The notes below the pieces were generated by a model that was not told the origin of the DNA, made no database searches, and was given only the letters and a program-made list of their open reading frames with translations. A program made the position numbers and the translations under genes. From the human T2T-CHM13v2.0 reference genome, Homo sapiens, in the NCBI RefSeq assembly GCF_009914755.1, contig NC_060941.1: a stretch of 64,000 bases of DNA. One strand, 5' to 3'. Each line of letters starts with the position of its first letter. Positions within the stretch are counted from its first letter, which is position 1. Of the stretch, positions 14,201 through 29,924 are shown in pieces.

Positions 14201-15633
14201 GAGACAGATTCGGCAAAGAACGCTGAAACCACAGGGATAGAGGATCCCTTCCTAGGTGCTACCTGGACCAGAGGACAGGAGCCAATGACTCTGCTCTCGG
14301 CCACAACCCCCTCTCAGCGGGTGGGCTTCTCTCCCTCCCCTTCTCTCTCCCTTGCTGTCTAGGTGGCTTTATCTGCTGTGGATGGGAATTCTTCATGTGT
14401 ACGCCCAGGCCTAGTGGTGTGTCAGTCTCAGAAGAAATGAGGGAAAACAGTACTTAAGTTGCTCTGCTACACAAATAATGAAAGATTAAGTCCCTATTGT
14501 TGCCAAAGCAGGACAAACAGCACCCAGAACGTCCCCTTTAGTTCTGGAAGAAAGGATGGTAAGTGGGGATTAGTGTACTAAGGATGACCTGGGTGTTAAT
14601 CCCAATTCAGCCATGTGATCTTGAGTGACTCATTTAATTTATTGGGGCATCTGTCTCCTTTTCTGCAAAATAAGGATAACATCAGGTGCCTTGTCTACCT
14701 TGCAGGGTTGTGGTAAGGATCAAATAGCAGCAACTCTGGAGTACAAAAAGTAAATAAGCAAAAAAACCCTCTGTCTTCGAGGGTCTTACACTCTAAGTGA
14801 AAATATGTCAGCAAAACTTTATCACTGAAAATATAATTTTAAAACCTTACAACACCATGCAAATGGAAGGTATTTTGTGAAACACCTCAGCTGGGGAAGG
14901 GGTCACTACCTCATTGCATTTGGGCAGCCATAACACATAGATGCGTTTCTCCGAACAAAAGGGAAACTCCTTATCAAGGCTCCCCCTGCCCCTGTTGCTT
15001 CCTTATTTCTCCTAATCTATGAGATTTCTATGCTATGATAAATCTAAGCCTTCCCCTTCTTTGGCCTTGAAGATTTGAACAGGGCAAAAAGAGTCTCTGA
15101 TTGCAACCCATTTCAATTCTCCCAGCCTCTCCTTACTAAGAAGGACCAAACAGTGAACACAACTAGATAGGTAAAGAGCTGAGCAGTTCTGGAAGAGGAG
15201 GCCGGCCTGAGAAATCAGAGCAGATGTCCTCTCCTCCTCTGCAATGGAATGAGCGCTAGAGAGCAGAGCTCACTATACAAGAAAATCTCTAATCCATATT
15301 CTCATTTACGAAATCAGCGCAAAACAGACCGATATTAGAAAGAGAAATAATTCGAAAAGACAAATATGATAAATTACATACACAATGGAAGCAGTAACTG
15401 AATAGATACTGTAGAAAATTAAAGAATAATAGAAGAAAACATCCCAGTCTTTAGACAGAAAGGAATCACAGGTACCAGCCAAACTTAGAGGATCTTCTGG
15501 ATGTGTAGCCCAGAGAAGTTTTAGACCTGTAGAATAAAGGAAAAAATCTTCAAGTACCTAGGCATACAAAAATAAGTTATCTACACAGGAAAATAAAATT
15601 CAGGTTTATATCCTTTTTTAAAACAGAAAACTT

Positions 15634-15931
15634 GGCCGAGTGTGGTGGCTTACACCAGTAACCTCGACACTTTGGGAGGCCAAGACGGGAGGATCACTTG
15701 AGGTCAGGAGTTTGAGACTGGCCTGGCCAACACGGTGAAACCCCGTCTCTACTAAAAATACAAAAATTAGCTGGTTGTGGTGGAGGGTGCCTATAGTCCC
15801 AGCTAATCAGGAGGCTGGGGCAGGAGAATCGCTTGTATCTGGGAGGCAGAGGTTGCAGTGAGCCGAGATCATGCCACTGCCCTCCAGCCTGGGCACTGAA
15901 GCGAGACTCCGTCTCAAAAACAAAAAGAAAA
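15634..15931 (+). mobile_element. AluS
   Basis: Alu consensus with A-rich tail. Confidence 0.9.
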
Positions 15932-16481
15932 CTCTATTAATTTTGTCACAATTCACAGGAGGAGATAAGTAAATCCATTTTATTCTTGATATCAATTAGG
16001 AAAGATCAGCTCAAATATTTAACAGTAATCATTAAGATGAAAAAGGATGTGTAAGGTTCTAACCAGTAGTAAAAAGAGAATAAATAAAACTTGACCAATG
16101 CAGCAACAGAAAAAAGAATGAAATAGCGTGGGAGCATAAAAAATAGAAAGCATTTAAATAACACGATTGAATTTAAGAAAAGTTTTTTTGCCAGTTGCTG
16201 TAAGAAATGTGAACAGGATACAACTCCTTTATTGGAGGACGAGGGGTTATAGATTTAAGCAAAAAACAAAAATATACCCTGTTTATAAAATTAATTAAGA
16301 TAAAAGTAGAAGTTTATGAATGAGAACAACATACATAATAAATTAAAGAGCTGGTTCTTTGAACAGACCAAACCCTTGGCAGAGTCTCACCAAGGAAAAA
16401 ACAGGCAAAACCGCAAATATTTAACATTAGGAATGAGAAAGGGATTTAAGAAAGGGTGTGTTGACTTTCAAAATTATAAGA

Positions 16482-16802
16482 GGCCAAGAGCAGTTGCTCA
16501 AGCCTCTAATCCCAGCACTTTGGGAGACTGAGACAGGAGGATCACTTGAGGCCAGGAGTTCATGACCAGCCTGGGCAACATAGCAAAAACCCCAGCTAAA
16601 AAAAAAATTAGCTGGAGCTGGATGTGGTGGTGCGTGCCTGTAGTCCCAGCTACTCAGGAGGCTGAGGCAGGAGGATTGCTTGAGCCTAGGAGTTTGAGGT
16701 TACAGTGAGCTGATCACGCCACTGCACTCCAGCCTGGGTGACAGAGTGAGACCCATCTCAAAAAAAAAAAAACAAAAAAAAAAAAAAAAGAAGAAGAAGA
16801 AA
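16482..16802 (+). mobile_element. AluJ with A/(GAA)n tail
   Basis: J-type Alu consensus. Confidence 0.85.
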
Positions 16803-16853
16803 TTACAAGAGAAAAACTTTTGTAAATGTAATTTCATATTAATGAAATGCATA

Positions 16854-17190
<337 letters not shown>

Positions 17191-17571
17191 TAAAGAAAGA
17201 TAAAACAATTAATTTCTATTTATAACTAGCAAAAAGTTTTTTTTTTAGATTATCAGAAAAATACTCTTCTAGTTCTTACTAGGCACAGGTTATGTTATAG
17301 GCCCAGGTAATTTCTATCATACTTAAATGCTCTACAATATGGAAAAAGAGAAAAATCATACTGACTCATTTTATTTATCCTGCTAGCAAAACCTGCTGAA
17401 TCTCTCTCTCATACACAAAAACAAACACACCCAGAAATCAATGTAACGTACAAATACAGATGCAAAATCCAAAATAATTAACAAACTGGATGCAACAAGA
17501 TAAACACCATGACCATGAGCGTATATTCACAAGGGTAAGGGTGGTTCACTAGTAAGAAATACCTCAATATA

Positions 17572-17899
<328 letters not shown>

Positions 17900-20404
17900 A
17901 ATACCTCAATATAACTCAGTTTATTAATAGTTCACATTTATGTATTATCCGTGTGCTTGTCCAACCAGAATGATCTCCTTGGGGTCAGGCTCGCTGGCTT
18001 TCACTTTTTTCAGCCAAGTATGAAGTTTTGCATTTGTATTGTTTTTATTTTACAGTATACCATGGTATATAAAACAATACTTCATTTTACAGTAAGATGG
18101 TAAATACTCAAATGTATTTATTGCTATTTCATCACTATAATAATGTTTTAATTTTTTTTTTTTTTTTTTTTTTTTAACTCTGGAGCATCTTTGTTCCAAA
18201 CTTCCTCCCAGTAGCAGCTGTTCCACAATCTTCTGTCCTGGAGAATCTCTCCTCTTCTTTGGTTACTGCTCTCTACATACACCTCTAAGGGACTTCATTC
18301 TTGGTATTCCCCCCACCTCCCTGCCCTTCCATGCCCCCGCCCCCCACACCCCGTCCAAAGCTATGCCTGACACACAAAGAACTTTCATGAAATTGTAGCG
18401 GTCACTTAATTTCTGCAGGTGTTTGCTCGTATTTTGACACAGACACTTGGGTTTTTGGATGTACTATTCAACTTCTGTTCTTTGATTAGACTGCAGAGAT
18501 AATGCTTATGTTCTTTTGATCTCAATTAACAAATTGATTTGGCTGCTCTTTGATGGAGAACATTCTGTTCATTCTGTTTTCCATTCAGAAACTTGGGAGA
18601 CAGTTTGCTCTGGCTTTTTGCAGGACACCTGGTGACTTTCTTTTCACCTTTCTCTGTTCTGTTCATCTGTCTCTCCTAATCTCCCTCCTTCTCCCTTCCC
18701 AGTCCCCCACATCTTGTTCCCTCCTTACTCCTCAACTAGCTATAACTCAGGAAGCTCAGCTGTGTGGGCTCATCATGGAAATGGTGGAAGCTGTGGCATA
18801 ACTGAGAGTTTATCCCTTTATAAGCAAGCATCTCTTGAAAGCAACAACTTGCTTGAGCCCAGAGCCCTCATGCAAGCAGGCTGATGGTCTTGAGGTGCCA
18901 TGCCGTGAGGCAGCCAAACCTCTCAGAGGGGTCGTGTGCAGGTGCTCTGGTCAGCAGTCCTGGCTTGAGCTCTGCCAGCCGGGGCCAGACAAGTGAGTGT
19001 ATGAGGGCTCCAGTGATTCCAACTCTCACTCACCAAGTAACCCCCACCTTCGAATCTTCCTAATGGAGGCCCTAGACATTGTGGAGCAGAGGCATGCTGG
19101 CCTCACAGTGCCTCTTTCAAATTCTTTACCAACAGAATCCAAGAACATAATAAAGTAGCGGTCGTTTCATTCCACTAAGTCTGGGGTGGATTGTTACACA
19201 GCAATAGTAATTGGAATAAAAATTTGGAACAGGAGTAGGGTGCTCCTATAACATAATCCCAGATAGTTGGCACTGGCTTTGGGAAGTAGGTGGAAGCTGG
19301 AAAGGTTCTGAGAGACTGTTGGGGGAATCATGGCAGGCCTTCAAGAGGAGGTCAGTGAGGGCCTGAGGAAAACAGGGAAAAGACTACTTCGAGCCAGAGG
19401 AAAGCGGACCTTTGTTAAGGAGAAAATTTGACAACACTGTTGCCTATGGGAAGGCAGAAAATAGAAAATGTACGTAACAAATGTGATGATCTAGATAAGG
19501 AGATTTCTAGACAGAATACTGAAAGTGCCATCTGGCTTCTTCTTGCTGTCTATGAAAAAAATGTGAGAGGAGAGAGAGGACCTTAATAAAGAATGGTTCT
19601 GCTCTCATGTAAAATTTAGAGGAAACATAAAGAAGCCTGCAATTGCTAGGCTTGAAAATAAAACTGTTTCTTATTCCCAGCTTCTCCAGATGGCAAATGA
19701 TTCTCAAATTAAGAAATGGTTTCAGGGCAACGGATCAAACCCAGAGTGGGATTGTAAAATCCTTTGTTAAAACCTTAGAAAGATCGAAGGCATCCATAGT
19801 ATCTTCCAGACAGACTAAACGAGGCTCTAAAGATCTTTAGGGCATGCCTTACAAATTCTATCCGATAAACAACAGGGCTCCTGAATCTTAAGGGTCTTGT
19901 CCCACAATAGCTCACGAGGAGCCCAAGGTATGGGAGAGTTTATTTTGCAGAGATTTGTGGGCGTGTTTTTTGTCTAATGGAGTGATTATAAATTGATACA
20001 CAGTGAAACCATCAAAATTTCAAAGGACTGGACTGAAAGCAACATAGACATGGCAAAATGCAAAGAGGCTCTGGACCTGTGGACAGGAAGCAGCTAAGAA
20101 AGCTACTTAGTTGCAAACACAGATGGTCAGTGAGTGTTTTGTGCCCCTCATTCCCCTCCTCTTTGAACAGAAATGTCTGTGGTAGGTATCCCACCCCTAG
20201 ATCATCACTGCATGTTGGGTATGCGGGGCAGGTAACTTTTCCTTTTAGTTGGTCTTCAGATTGCAGGAACTCTACTTAAGGAACTGTGCCTGGATTGAAT
20301 TAGATGAGATCCTGGCCCTTGACCTTAAACCTGGTATTATAAGGAGATGAGACTTTTGGGACATCTTGGGAGTGGGTAAGCACATTCTAGTTTATTTTAC
20401 TTCA

Positions 20405-20699
20405 TTTTTTTGAGTCAGGGTCTCACTCTGTTGCCCAGGCTGGAGTGCAGTGGTGCAATGATGGCTCAAACCTTGAGCTCCTGGGCTCAAGCAGTCCTCT
20501 GCCTCAGCCTCCCAAGTAGCTGGGACTACAGGCATGTACCACCACATCTGACTAATTAAAAACTTTTTTTTTTTTTTTTTGGTAGAAATGAGGTCTTGCT
20601 GTGTTGCCCAGACTGGTCTTGAATTCCAGGCCTCAAGTGGTCCTCCTGCCTTGGCGTCCTTAAAGTGTTGGGATTACAGGTGTAACCACAGTGGTTGGC
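20405..20699 (-). mobile_element. AluJ
   Basis: Antisense Alu in the MLT1 internal region. Confidence 0.85.
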
Positions 20700-20999
20700 T
20701 GGTAAGTGCATTTTAAGTAAGAGTAACAAAAATAATTTTTAATCAGCGGGTAGAAAGTGGAGGATTTAAAACAAGTTTGCAAAATTTTTGCCACTCCTCC
20801 CATAGAAAGATAGAGGTCTATATCCTCACCCCTTCAATCTAGGCTTACTATATGACTGGCTTTTGACGAATAAAATGCAACAGAATTGGGGCTGTGTGAC
20901 TTCTGAGGCCTGCTCATAAAAGGCAATGCAGCTTCTGCCTCGTTTAATGGGACACTCATGTTTTGAGCACTAAGTCAGCTCATAAGAAGTCCAACTACC

Positions 21000-21280
21000 A
21001 GCCAGTCGTGGTGGCTCATGCCTGTAATCCCAGCATATTGGGTGGATCACCTGAGGCCAGGTGTTCAAGACCAGGCTGGCCAACATGGCCATTTCTATTA
21101 AAAATACAAAAATTAGCTGGGCATGGTGGCGCATGCCTGTAGTTCCAGCTATTCTGGAGGCTGAGGCACGAGAATTGTTGAACCTGGGAGGCGGAGGTTG
21201 CATTGAGCTGAGATCACGCCACTGTACTCTAGCCTGGGCAATAGAGTAGACTGTCTCAAAAAAAGTTAATAAAAAAAATA
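21000..21280 (+). mobile_element. Alu with left-arm deletions
   Basis: Alu consensus inside the MLT1 LTR. Confidence 0.85.
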
Positions 21281-21522
21281 AAGAAGGCTGACTACCTTGA
21301 GGCCACCATGTTGTGAGGAAGCCAAGCATCTCCAAAAGGCCTCATAAGGCTCTCCGGTCAGCAGTTTCAGTCTCCGAGTCCTCCCCACTGAGGTGTCAGT
21401 CACCTCAGTGAACATGCCTTCAAATGATTCCAGCCCCAGCCCTTAAATCACCCCTAGTCTTTAAGTCTTCCCAGCTAAGGCCTCAGATACTGCAGAGCAG
21501 AGAGAAGCCACCTGCTTTGCTC

Positions 21523-21822
21523 TTTTTTTTGAGACGGAGTTTCGCTGTTGTCTGTTGTTGGCCTGGGCTGGAGTGCAATGGCATGATCTCAGCTCACTGC
21601 AACCTCTGCCTCCTGGGTTCCAGCAATCCTCCTGCCTCAGCCTCCTAAGCAGCTGAGATTACAGGCACCCGCCACCATGCCCGGGTAATTTTTATATTTT
21701 TAGTAGATATGGGGTTTCACCATGTTGGCCAGGCTGGTCTCGAACTCTTAGCCTCAGGTGATCCACCCGCTTCAGCCTCCCAAAGTGCTGGGATTACAGG
21801 CATGAGCCACTGCTCGCGGCCC
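21523..21822 (-). mobile_element. AluS
   Basis: Antisense Alu consensus. Confidence 0.88.
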
Positions 21823-22713
21823 ACCTATTCTGAATCACTGACCCAAGAACATATGACAGTAACAGAGAGAAACCTTAATTTTGTAAATGCATCATAGAAA
21901 GAATACATTGTTTGGGATAACTAAGAATTAATTCCTTTATAAACAGACAGTCACTTTCAAAAATTTTTTGTTATTATTTTAACACATCAGATAAACAGTA
22001 AAAATACCATATTTATAAATATTTTCCCACTTCATGAAACAGAATAAAATTCTTTTCCTTTCTTAGGGATTCAAAGTTGTTATGGTGAATGTTAATTAGT
22101 AAGTATGCTTTAAAACAGATGCATCTTCAGGGCTACTAGGCTCTCTGTGACTGCACGCCTGGATCACATGATCCAAACATCATACCAGTATGTGTGAGCC
22201 ACATGCTGTTTTAATGGTAAAACAAAACCTATTTCTACAAAACATGAGCTTTGAGCAGTAATGAAAAACTGTCTTGAAACCAGTATAATCGACTTTATTC
22301 CCAAGTGCTTGTTGTGAGCCTAGTACTATTGATCAACATTATTCAGGTCAAGGAAAATAATTGTAATCAACTGATTAAAAGGGCTAAGTTTATATCATTG
22401 ATTGACAAGGGCTTTCAACCCTTGATTTTAACAGCTTGATGAAAGCCACTCAGCAAAACTCTTCAGTAAGTTTCCAACACCAATTCACCTCACTGCACTG
22501 AATAAATAAAACATCTCCATATCAAACTTCAATTTCTTCCCAATATTCCACATCCTGACAGGGATCAAGGGCACCATCAAGAAGAACATTTACAACCCAC
22601 ATAATGTTCTCATCACAGTGGATTTGGTACTTAACAAAATTAAATACAAATTCCTCTAGAGAGTGACACACAGGAAGCTGGGCCTCCCATAGCTGCCTCT
22701 GTTAATTAATTAA

Positions 22714-23025
<312 letters not shown>

Positions 23026-23979
23026 TAATTTAAATGCTTGGTGAATTTTTCCTTTTGTTGCAAGAATCTTGTCTTCTTTTTGTTAAAATCTAAGACAAGC
23101 CAGATACTTCCCTGAGTATCTGGCAGTTTGAGTTCCTGGGCTCGTCTTGTAACTTGGAGTTCAGTAGTTTCACGAAAAATTCAATTTTAATCCCAAATAG
23201 ACTGCTCTGAGGACATAGCTCAAGAAATCACTTCAACAAGTTTTTAATACCAAGCCATCTAGTGGAACTGAACTAAATCTCTGAGTCTTCCTATACTTTC
23301 AGTTTTCATATATTGCAGTCATCAATATGCCTGCCTGTGTAAGATGCTGACTTCCTTTTAATTACTGCTTCAGATTTATTGTTTTGGGCTTGGGAATGAG
23401 ATAATCAAATTCATCACAAGGGTACATAAAGCAAGACAAATGGCCAAGAAGGCGCTCCTTTGGAAAGAACATACAAAGTTTACCACACAAACTCTGTCCC
23501 ACCTATTTTGACTCTGTCTCATCTATTTGGGAGGTATAAACATCCTCCCATTTTCCTTCTGATTATGGTTCTTTTGGGCCAATGGCTCTCAACCATGGCT
23601 ATGTATGAGAATCACAGGGAAGACTGTGATACATTTGGTCTGGTTTGTGCTGGGCATCTGCAGTTTGTAAAAGCTCCCCAAGTGATTCAAATTACACGTA
23701 ACCATTGATTTAGGTAAAACTACTAAATAATTGGGTCCTAGATAGTCAAATTATTATTTTACAAAGCTAATTGTTTTACTAATTGAATCAAGCTCTATAT
23801 TATCTATTTTAAATTTATTTTTTCCTCTCTCTTAAAATACCAACTTAATTAAGCTGCTTTCCTTATTAGTCTTTAATTGAATTTTTTTGACCCTCTCAGT
23901 GCAAAATAAAAAAAGATTATTCACTCATCATTTTAGGCTTATTTTCCTTATCCTATTCTGAGTCGGTGTGCAATAACAA

Positions 23980-24800
23980 CTATTTTAGATATGATGAGTG
24001 ATTTTGTATTGTATCCTGGTCATTCTGGATATTGTGTTAGGAGACTCTGGATCTTACTTAAATCTTCTCTTTTAGCAGGCTTCCACTAAAAGTGGGCCAG
24101 GAGCAGAAGGTGAGGACAAATACTTTACTGCCGGATGGGAGTGGAAGTCCAGGCCCCTCAACATGGCTTCCATTGACACCGCTCTTGTGGGGAGTATGAC
24201 AGGCGCCTCATAGCCTCCAGGAGTGGGTGGAAACCTAGGCATGTCCCTCTGCTTCCACTGACATACTGAGAGGGGTTGGGTACCTCATTACCCCTAGGCT
24301 GGCTCCCCACTGAGCCTCCTTGACACCAGCCCAGCAGGGAAGGGTCAGGAGAGGGGTACCTCTTTACTGCCAGGTGAGGGTGGAGGGCTAGGCTTTTCAC
24401 TAGGCCTTTGCTGATGAGAGGTGGAGGTATCTGCATATTTTCCCCCTGGTGCTTTTCTGGAGAAGGGTGCTTATTGTCAAAGGATTCTGTTTTGCTAGGT
24501 TACCCCTTTCTTGTACTTTTGGCAAGAAAGAGCAGGCTCTTCTCTGTGCCTGCTGGTGTTTCTGGATGGCGGGCTTCTCCAGCAGGCAGTCTGGGATAGA
24601 AAGGAGGCAAAAAGAAAAGCCAGGGAACCCCCCCCTGCCAAGTTCCTCCAGAGTCCTGAGGTCCCTAGCTGGTCCACTTTCCTCTCTCCAGCATTCAGAA
24701 TCTTCTTAAATTTGTTTTATGATATAATGTCTAGGGTTTTTAGCTGTATTCAGTGAGACAGGTAGGGAGAAATGCATCTCTTCCATTTTGTTTAGAACTT
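23980..24800 (-). mobile_element. Old L1M 5'-region fragment
   Basis: Internally repetitive gtggaagtccaggc / ccactgacac-type motifs typical of old L1 5' ends; family uncertain. Confidence 0.45.
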
Positions 24801-24988
24801 GAAGGCCCAACTTCTTATTCTAGATAATGCCCCAAACAAATCAGAAATGTAGTTTCTCCTGCAGTGGTTTCTGATGTAGGGGGAGGAGCCAGGAGGCAAA
24901 CATCACAGGCTGGAGCACACACTCCTTTTAAGAATTTGAAAAAAGCTACGAGAGCCCATCGCAAACATACACAAGTATTTGCATATAC

Positions 24989-25335
24989 ACATTGAGTATA
25001 CCTTATCCAAAGTGCTTAGAACCAGAAATCTTTTAGAGTTTGCATTTTATTCAGATTTTGGAATAGTTGCATATATAATGAGATATCTTCAGGACGGAAC
25101 CCAAGTCTAAAATGACATTCATTTATGTTTCCTATAAATCTTATATACATAACCTGAAGGTAATTTTATTTTTCCCTTGGGGACGTTGAATAAGCTGTGC
25201 TGTGTGCCTGCGTTTTCACTGTAACCTGTCACATGCGGTCAGATGTGGAATTTTCCACTTGTGGCGTCATATTGGTGCTCAAAAAGTTTTGGAATTTGGA
25301 GAGTTTTGGATTTTGGATTAGGGATGCTCAGCCTG
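24989..25335. mobile_element. MER46/Tigger4-type non-autonomous DNA transposon
   Basis: Terminal inverted ends (ttgagtataccttatccaaa ... ttggattagggatgctcagcctg) followed by TA. Confidence 0.75.
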
Positions 25336-25779
25336 TACGTATGAGCCTCCTCAAACGTTTCCTTGTCCTGAAAAGCCATTTCTGCCATATTCTGCACCCT
25401 CTCATAGAACTTCATGCTCACCTTTGCTTTTGCATTTAACAAGCTGCACTGTGATTATTTTTGTTTGCATTTGCCTCTCCCACTAAACGACAAGCAGAAG
25501 CTGCATCTTCTCGTCCTTATTTCCCTCCTTACCTGCCAGGTAAGTGGTAGATGATAGAATTTATTGAATGTGTGGAAGACAGTAAAAGCTATGGATGGAT
25601 TAAAAAGGTTCTCCTAGCTTAGAAGACTGATGGTTCCCATGTGTTCCTTATCAAAGCCAACCCTTAATTACAGCCTTAAAAGCTTTATTCTTACTGGTTA
25701 CCTTGCAGGTACTTTCTCCTTTCTCTCCTCATGCCCCTCCCCAAGCTCTTGTCCACGGCTTCCAAATCCATGTCTCTGC

Positions 25780-26135
25780 TAAGGACTGAGAATGTCTGTG
25801 ACCTCCCATATGTTGAAACCCTAATCCCCAGTGTGATGGTATTTGGAGGTGGGGCCTATGGGAGGTAATTAGGTCATGAGGGTGGAGCCCTCATGCTGGG
25901 ATTAGTGTCTCTATAAGAAAAGACAGGCCAGAACCTGCTTCCTCCTCTCTTCCCCATGTGAGGATACAATGAGAAGGCAGCCAGTCCTCTGTGAACTGAA
26001 AGGAAAGCCCTCACCAGAGCTCAAACATGCTGGCACCCTGATCTTGGACTTCCAGCCTCCAGACTGGGAAATAGATTCCTGTTGTTTAAGCCACTCGGTC
26101 TGTGGTTTCTTGTTACAGCACCCCATGCTAAGACA
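25780..26135 (+). mobile_element. MLT1A-type solo LTR
   Basis: gttgaaaccctaatccccagtgtgatggtatttggaggtgggg ... ttgttacagca...ctaagaca. Confidence 0.8.
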
Positions 26136-26419
26136 GTCTCCATCCTAGGTTGCTCTTTGACTGTGTATTGGGCCTTGCCTCAAATGAAGCCCATTTGAGA
26201 CTGACCTTTCTCACACTCTGCTACCACATCCCTGCTTCTTTTCCTGTATTTCCCATCTTGGTGAGTCACCAGCACCAAAGCCTGTTGTTCTCGCACATAA
26301 ACAGGTCTTGAACCCATCTCCCCCTCTTTATGGTCCTTGCTTGAGTACAGGTCCTTGTAATTTCTTAAGCAGCATCTTAACTGCTTTTCCTGTCACCAGT
26401 CTTGACCTCTCCAGCTCAA

Positions 26420-26750
26420 CCATCAACACTCATTTATTGAACACCTACTGTATGGCAGGCAGTGTTCTGGGAACAAGAGAGTCCCCGACCCTTCTCCCAT
26501 GGAGTCTATGTTCTAATGGGGGTGTGGGGGAGCCAGACTGAAAAGAACTCTAATAATGTGACAGGTGGTGATGTGGCCTGTGAAGAAGAATAAAGTGTGT
26601 AAAGGCATACAGAGGGATAAGATGGAGCTGAGGGTATCATTCTGAACAAGCCTTTTAAAGTTATATTTGGGCAGAGGCCTGAATGAAGTAAGGAAGCCAT
26701 TCAGTTATCTGGGAGAACACTCCAGGGGAATGAAAACCGAGATCAAAGAT
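26420..26750 (-). mobile_element. L2 fragment
   Basis: catttattgaacacctactgtatggcaggcagtgttct, L2 3'-end motif. Confidence 0.65.
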
Positions 26751-27756
26751 TAGACAGTGAGGGCACTGAAAGCTGACTTCATCCGACTCTGATTTCTACA
26801 GGCATGGGATTGCCAGTTTGCAAGGGGGCAAAGAGCAGTTTCTAATTCTAGAGCACCTGACTATGTGATAAGAACGATGCTGAGGACTTTCCACGCATTA
26901 TTTCATATACCTCATTTTGGGCCTCAACATTCAACTGAGATGGGTGCTACTGTTAAAATGGGGCATGAATTCAACAACCACCCATCTGCTTCCAAATATC
27001 CTAACACTTGTGTTGCCAGACCCCACTGGGGTGTGATTTTTCTTTTGTCCTTTACCATTTATGGTGTAATGATCTTTAAATGCAATATAAGATATTTTTA
27101 CAACTCAACAAGATTTGTGAAAGGCTATCAGAGGGGATGGTAAGGGCGGACATCAGAGGTGGCTCCCAAGAAGCAGAATGGCTGCTCAACAGGAGCCAAA
27201 GTAGTAGTTCAGCTAACTCAGGAGAGAGGACCCTGAGCCTGTCAACTTTACTTGTTCCCACTAGATATACCTCTAACCATGGCACACTGTAAAGAGGTCT
27301 ATGCTTAGATATGGTTCCAATAAAATGAAATCCTTCTAATGTTTATTATATTAAAAAAATCAGATTCCCCCTGTAGTGCAGAACTTCATCGTAACAATTC
27401 TGTGTAAAGAAAGTTTGTTCTGGACCTCAGCCAATAACAAAGAAACAAACTCATTTATTTAATGGCTACAGTCCAGGACCAGTATAGGCCACCTCCCAGT
27501 GGTATGTGTGTGGTAGTGGTGGGGATGGGGGGTCGTTGCTAAGTGAGACAATATATGCAGAGGTCCACTATAAGGAATGAAAATCATCAAATATAAGGTG
27601 ATTTCTTTATCTTATACTACTCTTGTTTAAGGAAAATCTTTTGATGAGACTGTCCTCAAACATTAAACCATGGTCAATGACTTAAAGAAAATTTAATTTT
27701 TGATACAGATACGCGATCATGAGGCTTTCTAGAAAACACACACTCTCTCCAACTCT

Positions 27757-28075
27757 GTCTCAGTCCATTTAGGTGGCTATGACAAAATACCATAAACTGG
27801 TGGCTTATAAACAACAGAGATTTACTCCTCACGGTTCTGGAAGCTAGAAGTCCGAGATGAGGGTGCTGGTGGCCCTCGTCCAGGTTGCAGACTGCCAACT
27901 TCTCGTAGTGTCCTCACATGGCAAAAGGGCGAGGGTCTCTCTGGGGCCTCTTGTATAAGTCGATAATCCCATTATGAGGGTAGAAACCTCCCAAAGGTCC
28001 CATCTCCGAGTTCCATCACTTTGGGGGTTAGGATTTTGACATATGAATTTTGGGGGAACACCTTCAGACCTTAGC
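27757..28075 (-). mobile_element. MLT1A-type solo LTR
   Basis: tgtctcagtccatttaggtggctatgacaaaataccataaactgg, reverse of the MLT1A 3' end. Confidence 0.8.
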
Positions 28076-28229
28076 ACTCTGTGTCTCTCTGTCTCTCTCT
28101 CACACACATATACGTAAGTGATAAAAAACTCTAATGGCAGAACTGAATTTGGGAGCAAGTCCAACTTTTAACAGATGTTTCCAAGGAGCCAAAACAACAA
28201 AAGTGAAAAAATTTGGGGAACAGAATAGA

Positions 28230-28580
28230 TAAGTGGTTCTCATCTCTGGCTGCATAGTGCAGTCACCTAGGAAGCTTTATTTTATTTTTTCTTTAAGTTT
28301 TTTTTTTTTTTTTGTAGAGACAGGGTCTTGCTATGTTGGCCAGGCTGGTATTGAACTCCTGGGCTCAAGCGGTCCTCTCACTTTGGCTTCCCAAAGTGCT
28401 GGGATTATAGGTGTTAACCATTGCGCCCGGCCGGCCTGGGGAGCTTTAATGCTTGCTGATGCCTAGCTCTACCAGCAGAGATTTGATTTCATGCATCTGG
28501 AGTATGACCTGGGTATCAGTAATTTTAAGAACTCTCCAGGCCATTCTAATGTGCAGCTAAAGTTGAGAACCCCTGAGTTA
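28230..28580. mobile_element. MER5A with nested antisense Alu monomer (about 28298-28432)
   Basis: gtggttctca...gttgagaacccctg termini; FLAM-like insert. Confidence 0.75.
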
Positions 28581-28799
28581 AGACTACTAACATACTAACA
28601 TTTTTTATTTGGCTTTAAAAGTGAAAACTAAATAAAATAAAAATCAGATCTTCTAAATAGCAGGTTAACAGTAAAACCACTATATTTTTTCTGGCCTTCT
28701 TGAGACTGTAGTAGTACCTTTTCTTCTTTGAGGAGGCAGGATTGCAATTGAGAGAAACAAACTGTACAAATAAAAGTATAACGTGGCAGCTCTCTTTAA

Positions 28800-29184
<385 letters not shown>

Positions 29185-29637
29185 TAATGGACCATACCTT
29201 CGGAGCTCCTGATATGCAGACCAGGGCCAATACAAACACTCTCATCTTGATTATTCAGTTTCCTGCGGGCATACAAGTCACTAATCCTCAAAAGGTTAAG
29301 ACAAACTATTTTAGAAAGCTATTATTAATGTAAGAAAGACTTAAATAGATAAATAAAGAAAATGAGAGAGAGAGAGAGAGCAACTTTGGCAATTAAGTTA
29401 GGTAGAAAGATACCTAATTTTGTGGCTACCTCTGGCTCTGAGATTAGAAGAACCTGCACTGAAACATTGCGCTAGTGGTCAACTTCTCTGAGAATTTATT
29501 TCATCTATAAAATGAGACTTCCTGCCTGGGATTCTTACAGTGATTGAGATATAGTCTGGTTAAATCATTTAAGAAACACCTGGCATGACACATGCGATGA
29601 ATGTTAGTTCTGTTATTTCTTTCCTCTTAAAACAGGA

Positions 29638-29924
<287 letters not shown>

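Larger units (their letters stand above)
18850..21870 (+). mobile_element. MaLR (MLT1G/H-like) relic: LTR - internal - LTR, with three Alus inserted
   Basis: LTR 3' end ttgttacacagcaatagtaattggaata near 19217, followed by MLT1-int start; a second LTR start near 20757 (...ccactcctcccatagaaagatagaggtcta). Confidence 0.7.
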
